Shown: in pieces, positions 30,668 through 42,542 of the stretch
Numbering within the stretch: the first letter of the stretch is position 1
How the letters are laid out: every line of letters begins with the position of its first letter
Assembly (NCBI GenBank): GCA_963716255.1
Contig: OY970303.1
Coordinates: 4,000,001-4,064,000, forward strand
From: an uncultured Gemmatimonadales bacterium
GTDB lineage: Bacteria > Gemmatimonadota > Gemmatimonadetes > Longimicrobiales > Longimicrobiaceae
Direction: 5' to 3'
Length of the DNA stretch: 64,000 nt
Made by a program: the position numbers and the translations under genes
Notes under the pieces: generated by a model
What the model saw: only the letters and a program-made list of their open reading frames with translations
What the model was told of the DNA's origin: nothing
The model's database searches: none

Positions 30668-32149
30668 TCACAGACCGAGAGCGCGCGCCACGTTGATGCG
30701 ACCCTTGCCGAAGTACGGGTCGGTGCCCGGCTGGCCAAGGTCGTCCGCGGACTGCTGGATGCGCGCCTTGACCTGCGCCGGGTTGTCCTTGCCGAGCTCC
30801 GCGACCAGCAGCGCCGCCAGTCCCGCGACGTGCGGAGCGGCCTGGCTGGTGCCGATCAGCGCGTTCACGCTCCCGCCGGACGCGCACGGCCGGACGGACG
30901 GCGTGGCGGGGTTGATGAGCAGGTTCTTGGGGCACATGGACCACACCCAGGAAACATTGTCCGTGCCCCACGGCCAGACGCTGAGGGTGTTGCTCGCGTT
31001 GCCGCCGGGCGCTGCCACGTTGATGGCGGAGCGGCCGAAGTTGGTGTAGTAGGCGGGAACGTCCGGGGAGCCCCCGAACGTTTCAGGTCCGGTCGCCGAC
31101 ACGCAGATCACGTGCTGCGCGTCGCAGTACGCAGCGTACAGACCGGGGACGCGCTGCAGCTCGCCGTTCTCGTCGGGGATCAGGTTGCGGTCCAGGTCGG
31201 TGGACTCGTTGCCGGCCGCCACCACGACCACTACCCCCTGCCGCTTGGCGTAGCTGAAGACCTGATTGAAGAGGCGAATCAGCTGGCCGTTGCCCGCCCT
31301 GGTGAACATGACGCCGAGGCTCAAGTTGATCACGTCGGCATCGTGGTCCGCAGCCCACAGGATGCCCTGCAGGACGGCCGAGATGGCGCCGCTGCCGTCC
31401 GCGCCCAGCACCTTGACACCCATCAGCGTGGTGCGCGAGGACACGCCGGCGTGGGCGGCCCCGGTGCTGGAGACCTGCGAGGCGACGTTGGTGCCGTGCC
31501 CGTTGAGGTCGTCCACCACGTGGCGACCCGGAAAGTTGGCGGCGATGATCGCGTCGTCCGAGGGGATGAACGAGGTGGAGCGGGAAAGGTCCACCAGCCC
31601 GTTCGCGTCCAGCGAGTTGTAGTCGATGCCCGTGTCCAGGATCGCCACCGTGACGGCCGGGGAGCCCAGCTTGCCTGCTGCCCAGGCCTGGTCGGCGTGG
31701 ATCGCCTTCATGTTCCACTGCCAGGAGTAGCGGAGCGCCGCGGCGGGGTTCGCCTGGCTGGCGATGCCGACCTGGCCCAGCGGTGCAATCACCGGCTCCT
31801 TCGGACGCGACAGCACCATGACGCCGTTGGGCTGCACCTCGGCGACCGAGCTCGCCCCGGCCAGCTGCGTGGCGGCGGCGGCGGAAAGGCCGCTCACCAC
31901 CGCGACGCCCGCGCCCTCGTGGACGAACGACACGGTGCCGCCCAGCGCTTCGACGGAGGCCCGGAAGCCGTTGCCGTTGCCTTTGAGGCGCACGAGGTAC
32001 TCGCCGGTCTCGCTGGCGCCCACGGAGCGCACGGGGGCCCCGGCGGCGGGCGCGGTGATCGCGCCGGTGGACGTGTCGGAGCAGGCGGCCAGGACGGAGG
32101 CGCCCGCCAGGAGCAGGGCGAGCGCGGGACGGGGAACGGAACGGAGCAT
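30668..32149 (-). CDS. S8 subtilisin-like serine peptidase, lipoprotein (paralog of 28973-30430)
   Basis: Start MLRSVPRPALAL identical to neighbour; AGGAG RBS; ILDTG, GHGTNVAS, GTSQAAP. Confidence 0.92.
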   Translation of the reverse strand: MLRSVPRPALALLLAGASVLAACSDTSTGAITAPAAGAPVRSVGASETGEYLVRLKGNGNGFRASVEALGGTVSFVHEGAGVAVVSGLSAAAATQLAGASSVAEVQPNGVMVLSRPKEPVIAPLGQVGIASQANPAAALRYSWQWNMKAIHADQAWAAGKLGSPAVTVAILDTGIDYNSLDANGLVDLSRSTSFIPSDDAIIAANFPGRHVVDDLNGHGTNVASQVSSTGAAHAGVSSRTTLMGVKVLGADGSGAISAVLQGILWAADHDADVINLSLGVMFTRAGNGQLIRLFNQVFSYAKRQGVVVVVAAGNESTDLDRNLIPDENGELQRVPGLYAAYCDAQHVICVSATGPETFGGSPDVPAYYTNFGRSAINVAAPGGNASNTLSVWPWGTDNVSWVWSMCPKNLLINPATPSVRPCASGGSVNALIGTSQAAPHVAGLAALLVAELGKDNPAQVKARIQQSADDLGQPGTDPYFGKGRINVARALGL

Positions 32150-32194
32150 TGACGTCTCCTGGGCGAGGATGGCGGCCGGAATGGCCGTCGGGAT

Positions 32195-32277
32195 CCCTGC
32201 TTCGGCGGCCCGGCTGTCTCGGAGAGACCCGTGGCTTTGCGGACCGGCCTCGCGGCCGGGGTGCCTTTTTCGGAGGG
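32195..32277 (-). ncRNA. c-di-GMP-I (GEMM) riboswitch
   Basis: CGAAAAAGGCACCCCGGCC-GCGA-GGCCGGUCCGCAAAGCCACGGGUCU..AGACAGCCGGGCCGCCGAAG, about 45 nt upstream of the subtilase start. Confidence 0.85.
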
Positions 32278-32357
32278 TGAGTGACCGAGTGTTTGAAGCC
32301 AGGGAGTCGCGGGAACCCTGCACCGGGCGGAGCCGGCCGGCATTCACCGCGCGGCGG

Positions 32358-32386
32358 AAGCTATTCGCCGAACGAGCGTACGTCAA
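32358..32386 (-). promoter_or_regulatory. Putative sigma70 promoter for the riboswitch-subtilase transcript
   Basis: TTGACG-N17-TAGCTT. Confidence 0.55.
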
Positions 32387-32546
32387 GGGCCCGCGCCGTA
32401 CACCTAACCACTGCATCTACAGTCACATGAATGCCTTCGTCCACGAACCCGCGAGCACCCTTCGGGGGGTGCGCCGCACGGAGGCCGTCCACGTCCATGG
32501 TTCTACGCAGGTTGAATCCGGCGGCTGCCTGCGGTAAATTTTCGGG

Positions 32547-35495
<2,949 letters not shown>

Positions 35496-35521
35496 CGGCG
35501 TTTTACGGGTACGGCGGGGTT

Positions 35522-35651
35522 GGGCGTGCCCCCGGCTGGCGCCGGGGTCGGGCTTCGGCTCCGTAACGCAGCAAACAACGCTGCGTAACGGAGTCGAGCC
35601 CGCGCAAACGGCCGCGCGGTCTCGCCCCTTCGGGCCGAAATCCCTCACGCG
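35522..35651 (-). repeat. Structured repeat family A, copy 6 (inverted)
   Basis: Reverse complement of the family A consensus. Confidence 0.95.
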
Positions 35652-35678
35652 GGTTTCCCTCCTCCCCCGGCTTCCTCC

Positions 35679-36098
35679 GTGGAATCACCTCCCGTTCTTT
35701 CCCGGCCGCTCCGCTTCGCGGCGCTCGCCGAGCTGCTGTATGTGCCGGTGCCGCTCTTCCTGGCGGTCACCCTGCTCCCGCTGGGCGCGACGGGAGCTAC
35801 GCCCCTGCTCCTCGGCGTGTACCTGCTCCAGGCGGTGGCGGCGGTCGCCATCGGCTGGGGGCTGCGGCGGGGGTGGGGGGTGGCGCGGGTGGCGGCGCTG
35901 CTGCTGGCGGCGTACGTGCTGGCGCTGGCGTTCGTGCAGGGGCCGGCGCTGGTGACGGCCGCCTTCGGGCGGCGGGACACGGTTGCGGTGGCGACGCTGG
36001 CCGTGGCCGCGTGGGCGTGGCTGACGCAGATGGTGGCGTTCGCGGGGGCGTTGCCGGACCTCACCCGCGCGGGGCGGGCGAGGGCGCGGGGGCGCTGA
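35679..36098 (+). CDS. Hypothetical membrane protein (about 4 TM)
   Basis: Four hydrophobic segments; fills intergenic gap. Confidence 0.65.
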   Translation: MESPPVLSRPLRFAALAELLYVPVPLFLAVTLLPLGATGATPLLLGVYLLQAVAAVAIGWGLRRGWGVARVAALLLAAYVLALAFVQGPALVTAAFGRRDTVAVATLAVAAWAWLTQMVAFAGALPDLTRAGRARARGR

Positions 36099-36144
36099 GC
36101 GCGGCGGGAGCGGGGCCGGGCGCGCGGCAATCTCCGCGGCTGCC

Positions 36145-36274
36145 CGCGTGAGGGATTACGGCCCGAAGGGGCGAGACCCGGCGGCGGTTTGCCGGGGCTC
36201 GACTCCGTTGAGCAGCGTTGTTTGCTGCTCTACGGAGCCGAAGCCCGACCCCGGCGCCAGCCGGGGGCACGCCC
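36145..36274 (+). repeat. Structured repeat family A, copy 7
   Basis: Family A consensus with covarying stems. Confidence 0.95.
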
Positions 36275-36314
36275 GAACCCGCCGTAAATCGCTCATCCCC
36301 TCACGGCAGAATCG

Positions 36315-37181
36315 TCAGGGAGCCACGGCGATCCCTCGCAGCGGGCCGGCGTGGTCGATGGTCCCCACCAGCGTGGCGGCCCCGGTGGCGGTGTTCACGG
36401 TGAAGAGGCGCGAGCGGGTGGCGCCGGTCTCCGTCAGCGAGGCGAAGGCGCTGCCGTCGCTCCCCACGATGTCGAAGCCCACCCGGTCGGTGGTGGCGAC
36501 CCCCAGCGGCCCCACGGTGCGCATCTGGCCGTCGTTGGGGTTGGCGAGGGTGACCAGAACGTCGCGGTTGGAGTCGATGGCGAACAGCGTGGTGGTCGTG
36601 GGGGCGGGGGCGACGCTGTTGGTGTACGCCGTCCCGACGATGGCTGGGTTGCTGCCGGCGCCCGCGTCCCCGGTGGCGTAGGCCAGCGTCCCGTCGGTGG
36701 CGGCCACGGTGCCGGTGAGCTGGTTGAGGCGCAGGTTCTGCTCGGTGTCGGTGTGCACGCGCACCCGGTCCGGCACCGGGTTGAAGTCCACGCCGAAGGC
36801 CGTCCCGCTCAGCGCGGGCGTGAAGGCGGCAGCGGCCACCGGGGTGGCGACGGCGGTCACGCTGTCCACCGTGTAGACGCGACTGGAGCTGCCCACCGCG
36901 TACAGCCGCCCGTCCACCGCGCGGAAGTCGATCCCCACGACGGTCTCGCCCGCCTGGAGCCCGCTGATGGTGCCCCGCCGCGTCACCTGGTCCGGCCTGG
37001 TGCTCCCGAAGCGGACCAGGGTGTTCGCGTCGTCCACCGCGTAGACGGCCCTCCCGAAGGGGCCGGACGGCGCGGTGGCGTCGTCCTCGCACGCCGCGGC
37101 CAGCGTCGCGCACGCGGCGGCCAGGCAGACGGCGCGGAGCGTCCTGCGGGCGGGGAACGGGGTGGGGATCCACGTTGTCAT
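36315..37181 (-). CDS. DUF4394-like lipoprotein
   Basis: LAAAC lipobox; VGIDFRAVDGRLY, FGVDFNPVPDRVR, GTAYTNS, GFDI. Confidence 0.8.
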   Translation of the reverse strand: MTTWIPTPFPARRTLRAVCLAAACATLAAACEDDATAPSGPFGRAVYAVDDANTLVRFGSTRPDQVTRRGTISGLQAGETVVGIDFRAVDGRLYAVGSSSRVYTVDSVTAVATPVAAAAFTPALSGTAFGVDFNPVPDRVRVHTDTEQNLRLNQLTGTVAATDGTLAYATGDAGAGSNPAIVGTAYTNSVAPAPTTTTLFAIDSNRDVLVTLANPNDGQMRTVGPLGVATTDRVGFDIVGSDGSAFASLTETGATRSRLFTVNTATGAATLVGTIDHAGPLRGIAVAP

Positions 37182-37344
37182 GCTTCCTCCTGGGGATGGG
37201 CCGTGCTGCGGCCGGGTTCCACGGGTACCGGGCCGGGTGCGGCCCGTCTCCAGCATCTACGCCGGAAACCCCCCGGCCGGATTGCACGTAATTCATTCCC
37301 GTTCTTCCGGTTCGGCGTCCGACCCTCTTTTCCGGAGCACTCGC

Positions 37345-37731
37345 ATGGACTCTGACAGCAGGCTGCGCAGCCCGGGTGGCACCTCCGGAGGACTGGTGGA
37401 GTTCCTTGGGGGAGTGGCGATGGTGGTGGCGGGAGGATACCTGCTGACCACGCGCGTCACCGTGAGCAGCGGCTACTGGACGCTGTGGGGCTACGATGCC
37501 TTCGGCCTGTCCATGCTCCCGCTGCTGGTGGGCATCGGGGTGCTCTTCTTCAACGCGCGCTCCGTGCCGGGCTGGTTCCTGCTCTTCGCGGGCGCGGTGA
37601 TCATCGTCGCGGGGATCGTGGCGAACCTGCGCATCTACTTCCAGCCCACCAGCCTGTTCGCCACCCTCATGATCCTGGGCCTGATGGCCGGCGGCATCGG
37701 GCTCGTCATTCGCGGCCTGCGTCCGCACTGA
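37345..37731 (+). CDS. Conserved hypothetical membrane protein
   Basis: PGGTSGGLVEFLGG..GGYL, four hydrophobic segments. Confidence 0.75.
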   Translation: MDSDSRLRSPGGTSGGLVEFLGGVAMVVAGGYLLTTRVTVSSGYWTLWGYDAFGLSMLPLLVGIGVLFFNARSVPGWFLLFAGAVIIVAGIVANLRIYFQPTSLFATLMILGLMAGGIGLVIRGLRPH

Positions 37732-37754
37732 AGCCGCAAGGAGGGCCCGGCTCG

Positions 37755-37809
37755 CCCTCACCCGGCTCGCTTGAGGCTCGCCACCCTCTCCCAATTCCGG
37801 GAGAGGGGG
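37755..37809 (-). repeat. Family C REP-like palindrome (inverted)
   Basis: Reverse complement of the 22044-22098 pattern. Confidence 0.7.
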
Positions 37810-37842
37810 CAACTGCTGGATCTGGAGCGCGGGCAGGCGGTT

Positions 37843-37971
37843 GCGTGAGGGATTTCGGCCCGAAGGGGCGAGACCCGCGGGCAGTTTCGCGGGGCTCGAC
37901 TCCGTTGGCCCGCGTTGTTTGCGGGCTTACGGAGCCGAAGCCCGACCCCGGCGCCAGCCGGGGGCACGCCC
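37843..37971 (+). repeat. Structured repeat family A, copy 8
   Basis: Family A consensus. Confidence 0.95.
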
Positions 37972-37985
37972 AAACCTTGCCGTTC

Positions 37986-39560
37986 CTACGCCGGCACGAA
38001 CCGCCCCATCGCCGACCGCATCGCCCGCCACTCCCCCGCCCGGAAGAAGCGCGTCGCCACCAGCAGCAGCGGAAAGGCCAGCAGCAGCAGCGCCTTGACC
38101 CCCCACTCGGCGGCGCCGTGCCCTTCCCACCCGTGCCCTCCCAGCCAGCGGTCCGCCCAGAACACCGCGGCGGCGGCCAGCCCCACGTGCAGCAGGCGGC
38201 CCCACTCGTAGGGCACCGGGTACACCCGCTGCGCCCGCCAGGCGCCCAGCCCCGCCATGAGCGCGTACGAGGCCGGCGTGGCCCACGCCACCGCCACCAT
38301 CCCCCGCCTCAGCCCCACCAGGCAGAGCGCCAGGTTGACCGCCGCGCCCACCCCGGCGATCCACGGCAGCGCCGCCGTGCGCCGCTCGATGTAGAGCCCG
38401 GCGGTGACCACCGCGTACACGCCACTGAACACGTAGCCCAGCAGGATCACCGGCACGATGGGGAGCGCAGCCCAGTACGCGGGCTCGCGCACGATGCCGT
38501 ACACGGCGGGGACGCGCACCAGCGGCGGGAGGAAGAGCGCCACCGCCAGGAACACGAAGCCGCACCCCAGCACCAGCCCGGTGAGCACCCGCGAAAAGAG
38601 CTGCGGGGCGCGCGGCTCCCGTGCGTGGGCCAGCGAGAAGGGGGTCCACGCCATGCGGAACATCTGCACCACCAGGAGCATGGCGATCCCCAGCTTGTAG
38701 TTGAAGCCGTAGCTCCCCACCACCTCCCCCGGGGTCATCCCGTACACCCGGTGCGCCACGTCCGCGGGGATGCGCGCCAGCACCAGCTTGTCCGCGTTCT
38801 CCACCAGCAGCACCGCGAACGAGGCGGGCACCAGCGGCAGGGCGTACGCCCAGAGAGGGCGCCACCCCGGGTGGCCGCGCAGCAGCGCCGGGCGGAAGAG
38901 GCGAGCCGCCTCCGGCGCCAGCGCGGCCACCAGCGCCAGGTTGGCGAGCAGGTTGGCGAGGAAGATGGCTTCCACTCCCCAGCGCAGCCCCAGGATCAGG
39001 ACCAGGTTGAGCGCCACGCTCAGCCCGATGAAGCCCAGCCGCAGCACGGCGAAGCGGCGGGCACGGTCGGTCATGCGCAGGTGCGCCCACGACACGCTGA
39101 GCAGCGCGTCCGTGTACACGATGGCCAGCAGGTAGCGCAACGCGTACGGCGGCACCCCGAAGTACCCGGCCGCCCACGGGACCGCCAGCAGCCCCGCCCC
39201 CAGCAGCACCCCCCCGATGAGGGCGATGGCGGACAGCGACATGGTGAAGGCGCGGCGCCGCGCGGTGTCCGGGTCCTCGGCGCCGTCCGCGGCGTGGGCG
39301 GCGGCGTTTCGCATGTACGCTACGTCCAGCCCCAGCACGAAGACCACCGACACCAGCGACAGGAGCGTGTAGACCACCGTCTGCACGCCGTTCTCGGCGG
39401 CGGTGAACTGCGAGGCGTAGAACGGCTGGAGCAGGTAGCCCAGGAACCGCCCCAGGATGGCGCTGAGGCCGTAGACCAGCGACTCGGAGCCGAGCCGGCC
39501 CAGACGCGCCCCGAAGCCCGTGGAAGCGGGCGGCTGGGCGGCGGGGGAAGATGGATCCAT
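37986..39560 (-). CDS. Oligosaccharide flippase (Wzx/MOP-type) family protein
   Basis: SLVYGLSAIL, many TMs, YALPLVP, ADKLVL, VGSYGFNYKL, AWTPF. Confidence 0.85.
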   Translation of the reverse strand: MDPSSPAAQPPASTGFGARLGRLGSESLVYGLSAILGRFLGYLLQPFYASQFTAAENGVQTVVYTLLSLVSVVFVLGLDVAYMRNAAAHAADGAEDPDTARRRAFTMSLSAIALIGGVLLGAGLLAVPWAAGYFGVPPYALRYLLAIVYTDALLSVSWAHLRMTDRARRFAVLRLGFIGLSVALNLVLILGLRWGVEAIFLANLLANLALVAALAPEAARLFRPALLRGHPGWRPLWAYALPLVPASFAVLLVENADKLVLARIPADVAHRVYGMTPGEVVGSYGFNYKLGIAMLLVVQMFRMAWTPFSLAHAREPRAPQLFSRVLTGLVLGCGFVFLAVALFLPPLVRVPAVYGIVREPAYWAALPIVPVILLGYVFSGVYAVVTAGLYIERRTAALPWIAGVGAAVNLALCLVGLRRGMVAVAWATPASYALMAGLGAWRAQRVYPVPYEWGRLLHVGLAAAAVFWADRWLGGHGWEGHGAAEWGVKALLLLAFPLLLVATRFFRAGEWRAMRSAMGRFVPA

Positions 39561-39706
39561 TCGGGTCCTCCGGCGCCGGCCGGGGCAGGGGTGGCGCGGC
39601 CGCGGGCGCCGCGGCACGGAACGGGCGACGCAGGCACCTTCCGCGCCGCGCCCGCCCGGTGTAAGATCAGCGGGTCCGCACACCCCGAACGGGAAGCCGC
39701 CGAAAC

Positions 39707-40372
39707 ATGGTCTCGCTCTTCGACATCCTGGGTCCCACCATGGTGGGACCGTCCTCCTCGCACACGGCGGGCGCCTGCCGCCTGGGGCTCATGGCCCGCG
39801 CCATCCTGGGCGACACCCCGGAGCGCGCCGTGATCCGGCTGCACGGCTCCTTCGCCGCGACCGGGGAGGGGCACGGCACGCACCGCGCCATCGTGGGGGG
39901 GCTGGTGGGGCTCGCCCCGGACGACCTGCGCCTGCGCATGGCCTACGAGGAGGCGGAGCGCGCCGGCCTCTCCTGGGAGTTCGAGACGGTGGACCTGGGG
40001 CAGGAGGCCCACCCCAACACCGCGATCCTGGAGGTGTGGCGCGGCGAGGAGACCGCGGTGGTGCGCGGCGCCTCGGTGGGCGGCGGCCGGGTGCGCGTGG
40101 ACGAGGTGGACGGCTTTGCCGTGGACCTGGAGGGCGACTATCATACGCTGGTCCTGCTGGCCCACGACGAGCCGGGGACCATCGCCGCGGTGACGGCGAT
40201 CCTCGCCGGCCACGGGGTGAACCTGGCGACCATGCGGGTGGACCGCACCGGCCGCTACAAGGACGCCCTGATGACCATCGAGGCCGACGAGCCGGTGTCC
40301 GACTCCGCCCTCGCCGCCGTGCGCTCCTTCCCCTGGCTGCGCTGGGCGCGCCGGATCGACAAGATCAGCTGA
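39707..40372 (+). CDS. sdaAB: L-serine dehydratase, Fe-S dependent, beta subunit
   Basis: FDILGPTMVGPSSSHTAGA, GSFAATGEGHGT, HPNT, SVGGG, C-terminal ACT domain. Confidence 0.93.
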   Translation: MVSLFDILGPTMVGPSSSHTAGACRLGLMARAILGDTPERAVIRLHGSFAATGEGHGTHRAIVGGLVGLAPDDLRLRMAYEEAERAGLSWEFETVDLGQEAHPNTAILEVWRGEETAVVRGASVGGGRVRVDEVDGFAVDLEGDYHTLVLLAHDEPGTIAAVTAILAGHGVNLATMRVDRTGRYKDALMTIEADEPVSDSALAAVRSFPWLRWARRIDKIS

Positions 40373-40529
40373 AAAGCCAGGGAACAGGGAATCCCGACCC
40401 GGCCCTTCCACCACCCAAGGGAACAGCCCCCGAAGAGGCTTCCCGCACGGTAGTTGCAGGCTGTTTCCTGTTCCCTGTTCCCTGTGGCGCTGCACGCTGC
40501 GCGTGCACCGAATGAATCCTGGTGGCCCC

Positions 40530-41426
40530 ATGCATCGCTCCGTCGAGTCCCTGATCCGCGAGGCCGAGGAAAGCGGCCGCTCCCTTCCTCAGGTGGTGCT
40601 CGACACCGAGGCGGAGGAGAGAGGCGTCCCCGCGGAGCAGGTGCGGGCGCGCATCGCCCGGACGCTGGCCGTGATGCGCTCCGCCATCGCGGAGGGGCTC
40701 AAGGGCGAGGCGCGCTCCCCCTCCGGACTCACCGGCGGCCGGGCCCGTCTCCTCCACGACAACGGCGCGCAGATCCTGGGCGCGCGCGTCACCCTCACGC
40801 TGGCCCGCGCCATCGCCACGCTGGAGGTGAACGCCGCCATGGGGCTGATCGTGGCCGCTCCCACGGCGGGCGCCGCGGGGGTGCTCCCGGCGGTGCTCAT
40901 CAGCGTGGGCGAGTTCATGGAGGCGGACGACGAGCGGCTCACCGACGCCATGCTGGTGGCGGGCGGGGTGGGCGGGGTGATCGCGCACCGCGCCTCGCTG
41001 GCCGGCGCGGAGGGCGGCTGCCAGGCGGAGACCGGGACCGCGGCCGCGATGGCCGCCGCGGCCGTGACCTGGCTGTACGGCGGGAGCAACGAGCAGGTGG
41101 CCACCTCGGTGGCGCTGTCGCTCCAGGGAATGCTGGGCCTGATCTGCGACCCCATCGGCGGGCTGGTGGAGATCCCCTGCATCTACCGCAACGCGTCGGC
41201 GGCGATGCAGGCCATCTCCTCGGCGGAGATGGCGCTGGCGGGGCTGGACTTCCCGGTGAGCGCGGACGAGGTGATCGACGTGATGGGCGAGGTGGGGCGC
41301 CGCATGCCCGCCGCCTACCGCGAAACGGCCATGGGCGGCCTGGCGACCACGCCCTCCGCGCGGAAGCTGGTGCAGCTGGGGCTGGGCTCCTCGGGCTCCC
41401 GGAAGCCGACCGGGATCAGCCGGTAG
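40530..41426 (+). CDS. sdaAA: L-serine dehydratase, Fe-S dependent, alpha subunit
   Basis: EVNAAMGLIVAAPTAGAAG, GAEGGCQAE, GLICDPIGGLVEIPC, RETAMGGLA. Confidence 0.93.
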   Translation: MHRSVESLIREAEESGRSLPQVVLDTEAEERGVPAEQVRARIARTLAVMRSAIAEGLKGEARSPSGLTGGRARLLHDNGAQILGARVTLTLARAIATLEVNAAMGLIVAAPTAGAAGVLPAVLISVGEFMEADDERLTDAMLVAGGVGGVIAHRASLAGAEGGCQAETGTAAAMAAAAVTWLYGGSNEQVATSVALSLQGMLGLICDPIGGLVEIPCIYRNASAAMQAISSAEMALAGLDFPVSADEVIDVMGEVGRRMPAAYRETAMGGLATTPSARKLVQLGLGSSGSRKPTGISR

Positions 41427-41476
41427 GGCGCCGCCCGACCGAAACTTTTCTTCCGGCACCCCCGTACCGACGAACC

Positions 41477-41734
41477 ATGACGCCGATCGTCCCCGTAATC
41501 CTCGTCGTGGTCTTCGTCCTGGGCCCCATCGCCCGCGCCGTCGCCACCCGCGTGAGCCGCGGCGGCCCCATGCTCCCCGCGCCGCCCTCGCAGGAGGTCG
41601 CGCTCCTCCGCGAGGAGGTGGAGCGCCTGGGCGCCGAGGTGGCCCGGCTCAACGAGGAGCAGGCGTTCATGCTGCGCCTGCTGGCGCCCGGCGAGCAGAA
41701 GCAGGTGCCCGGGGGCGATCCCCCGCCGGCCTGA
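41477..41734 (+). CDS. Small TM plus coiled-coil protein (PspB-like architecture)
   Basis: N-terminal TM, LGPIARA, LREEVERLGAEVARLNEEQAFMLRLL. Confidence 0.7.
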   Translation: MTPIVPVILVVVFVLGPIARAVATRVSRGGPMLPAPPSQEVALLREEVERLGAEVARLNEEQAFMLRLLAPGEQKQVPGGDPPPA

Positions 41735-41744
41735 GAGAACCAAG

Positions 41745-41885
41745 ACGGAGCGCTCCGGCGGGCTCCGGTGTTTGGGGTCGGGCGGGGGGGCTCCTCCGAC
41801 TTCCCCGCGAGCATCTCGGGAACGGCGACGGCCCGGCAGTGCTCCCCCTCTCCCGCTTGCGGGGGAGGGGGCCGGGGGGAGGGGG
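41745..41885 (+). repeat. Family D (internally shortened) plus family C palindrome
   Basis: Matches both ends of 284-482, then CTCCCCCTCTCCCGCTTGCGGGGGAGGGG. Confidence 0.7.
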
Positions 41886-41911
41886 CTTCCCGCGGACGCC
41901 AGCGCGAGCCC

Positions 41912-42041
41912 CGCGTGAGGGATTTCGGCCCGAAGGGGCGAGACCCGCGGGCAGTTTCGCGGGGCTCGACTCCGTTGCAAACGGTAGTATCGTTTGCTAC
42001 GGAGCCGAAGCCCGACCCCGGCGACAGCCGGGGGCACGCCC
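41912..42041 (+). repeat. Structured repeat family A, copy 9
   Basis: Family A; variant hairpin GCAAACG-GTAGTAT-CGTTTGC. Confidence 0.95.
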
Positions 42042-42115
42042 GAACCCGCAGTTCAAGCAGTTGAAGTCCGTCTGTCCCGAAGAAGTCCGACCAGATCCCG
42101 AATCCGGAGACGCGC

Positions 42116-42508
42116 ATGTTGACGCGAGAGGACGTGGAAAGCTACTTGCTCCGCGCGGAGCTGACGCACGAAGAGGTGGGGGAGGGAATGTGGGTCGCCC
42201 AGCTGGACGAGGCGGGCGGGACCAAGCTGGTGGTGCACTTCTCGCCGCCGGTGCTGGTGTTCCGGCTCAAGGTGCTGGACATCCCGCAGGACCAGCAGAA
42301 GTGCGCGGGGCTGTACAAGCGGCTCCTGGAGCTGAACGCCACCGACCTGGTGCACGCCGCCTACGCCCTGGAGGAGAGCGACGTGATCCTGACCGAGACG
42401 CTCGAGCTGGAGAACCTGGACTTCAACGAGTTCCAGGCGACGGTGGACTCGTTCCAGGTGGCGCTGGCGTCGCACCTCGAGCTCCTGGCCCCCTTCCGCG
42501 ACTGCTGA
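42116..42508 (+). CDS. YbjN/CesT (type III chaperone-like) domain protein
   Basis: 130 aa acidic; LYKRLLELNATDLVHAAYAL, LENLDFNEF. Confidence 0.75.
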   Translation: MLTREDVESYLLRAELTHEEVGEGMWVAQLDEAGGTKLVVHFSPPVLVFRLKVLDIPQDQQKCAGLYKRLLELNATDLVHAAYALEESDVILTETLELENLDFNEFQATVDSFQVALASHLELLAPFRDC

Positions 42509-42542
42509 CCGACGGGTCCGCCGAGCCCCAACCGATACCGAA

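Noticed and set aside
28420..32277. Riboswitches as the cGAMP-sensing (GEMM-Ib) type
   Set aside because: The base preceding the P2 GC pair (position 20 equivalent) is G in both, not A.
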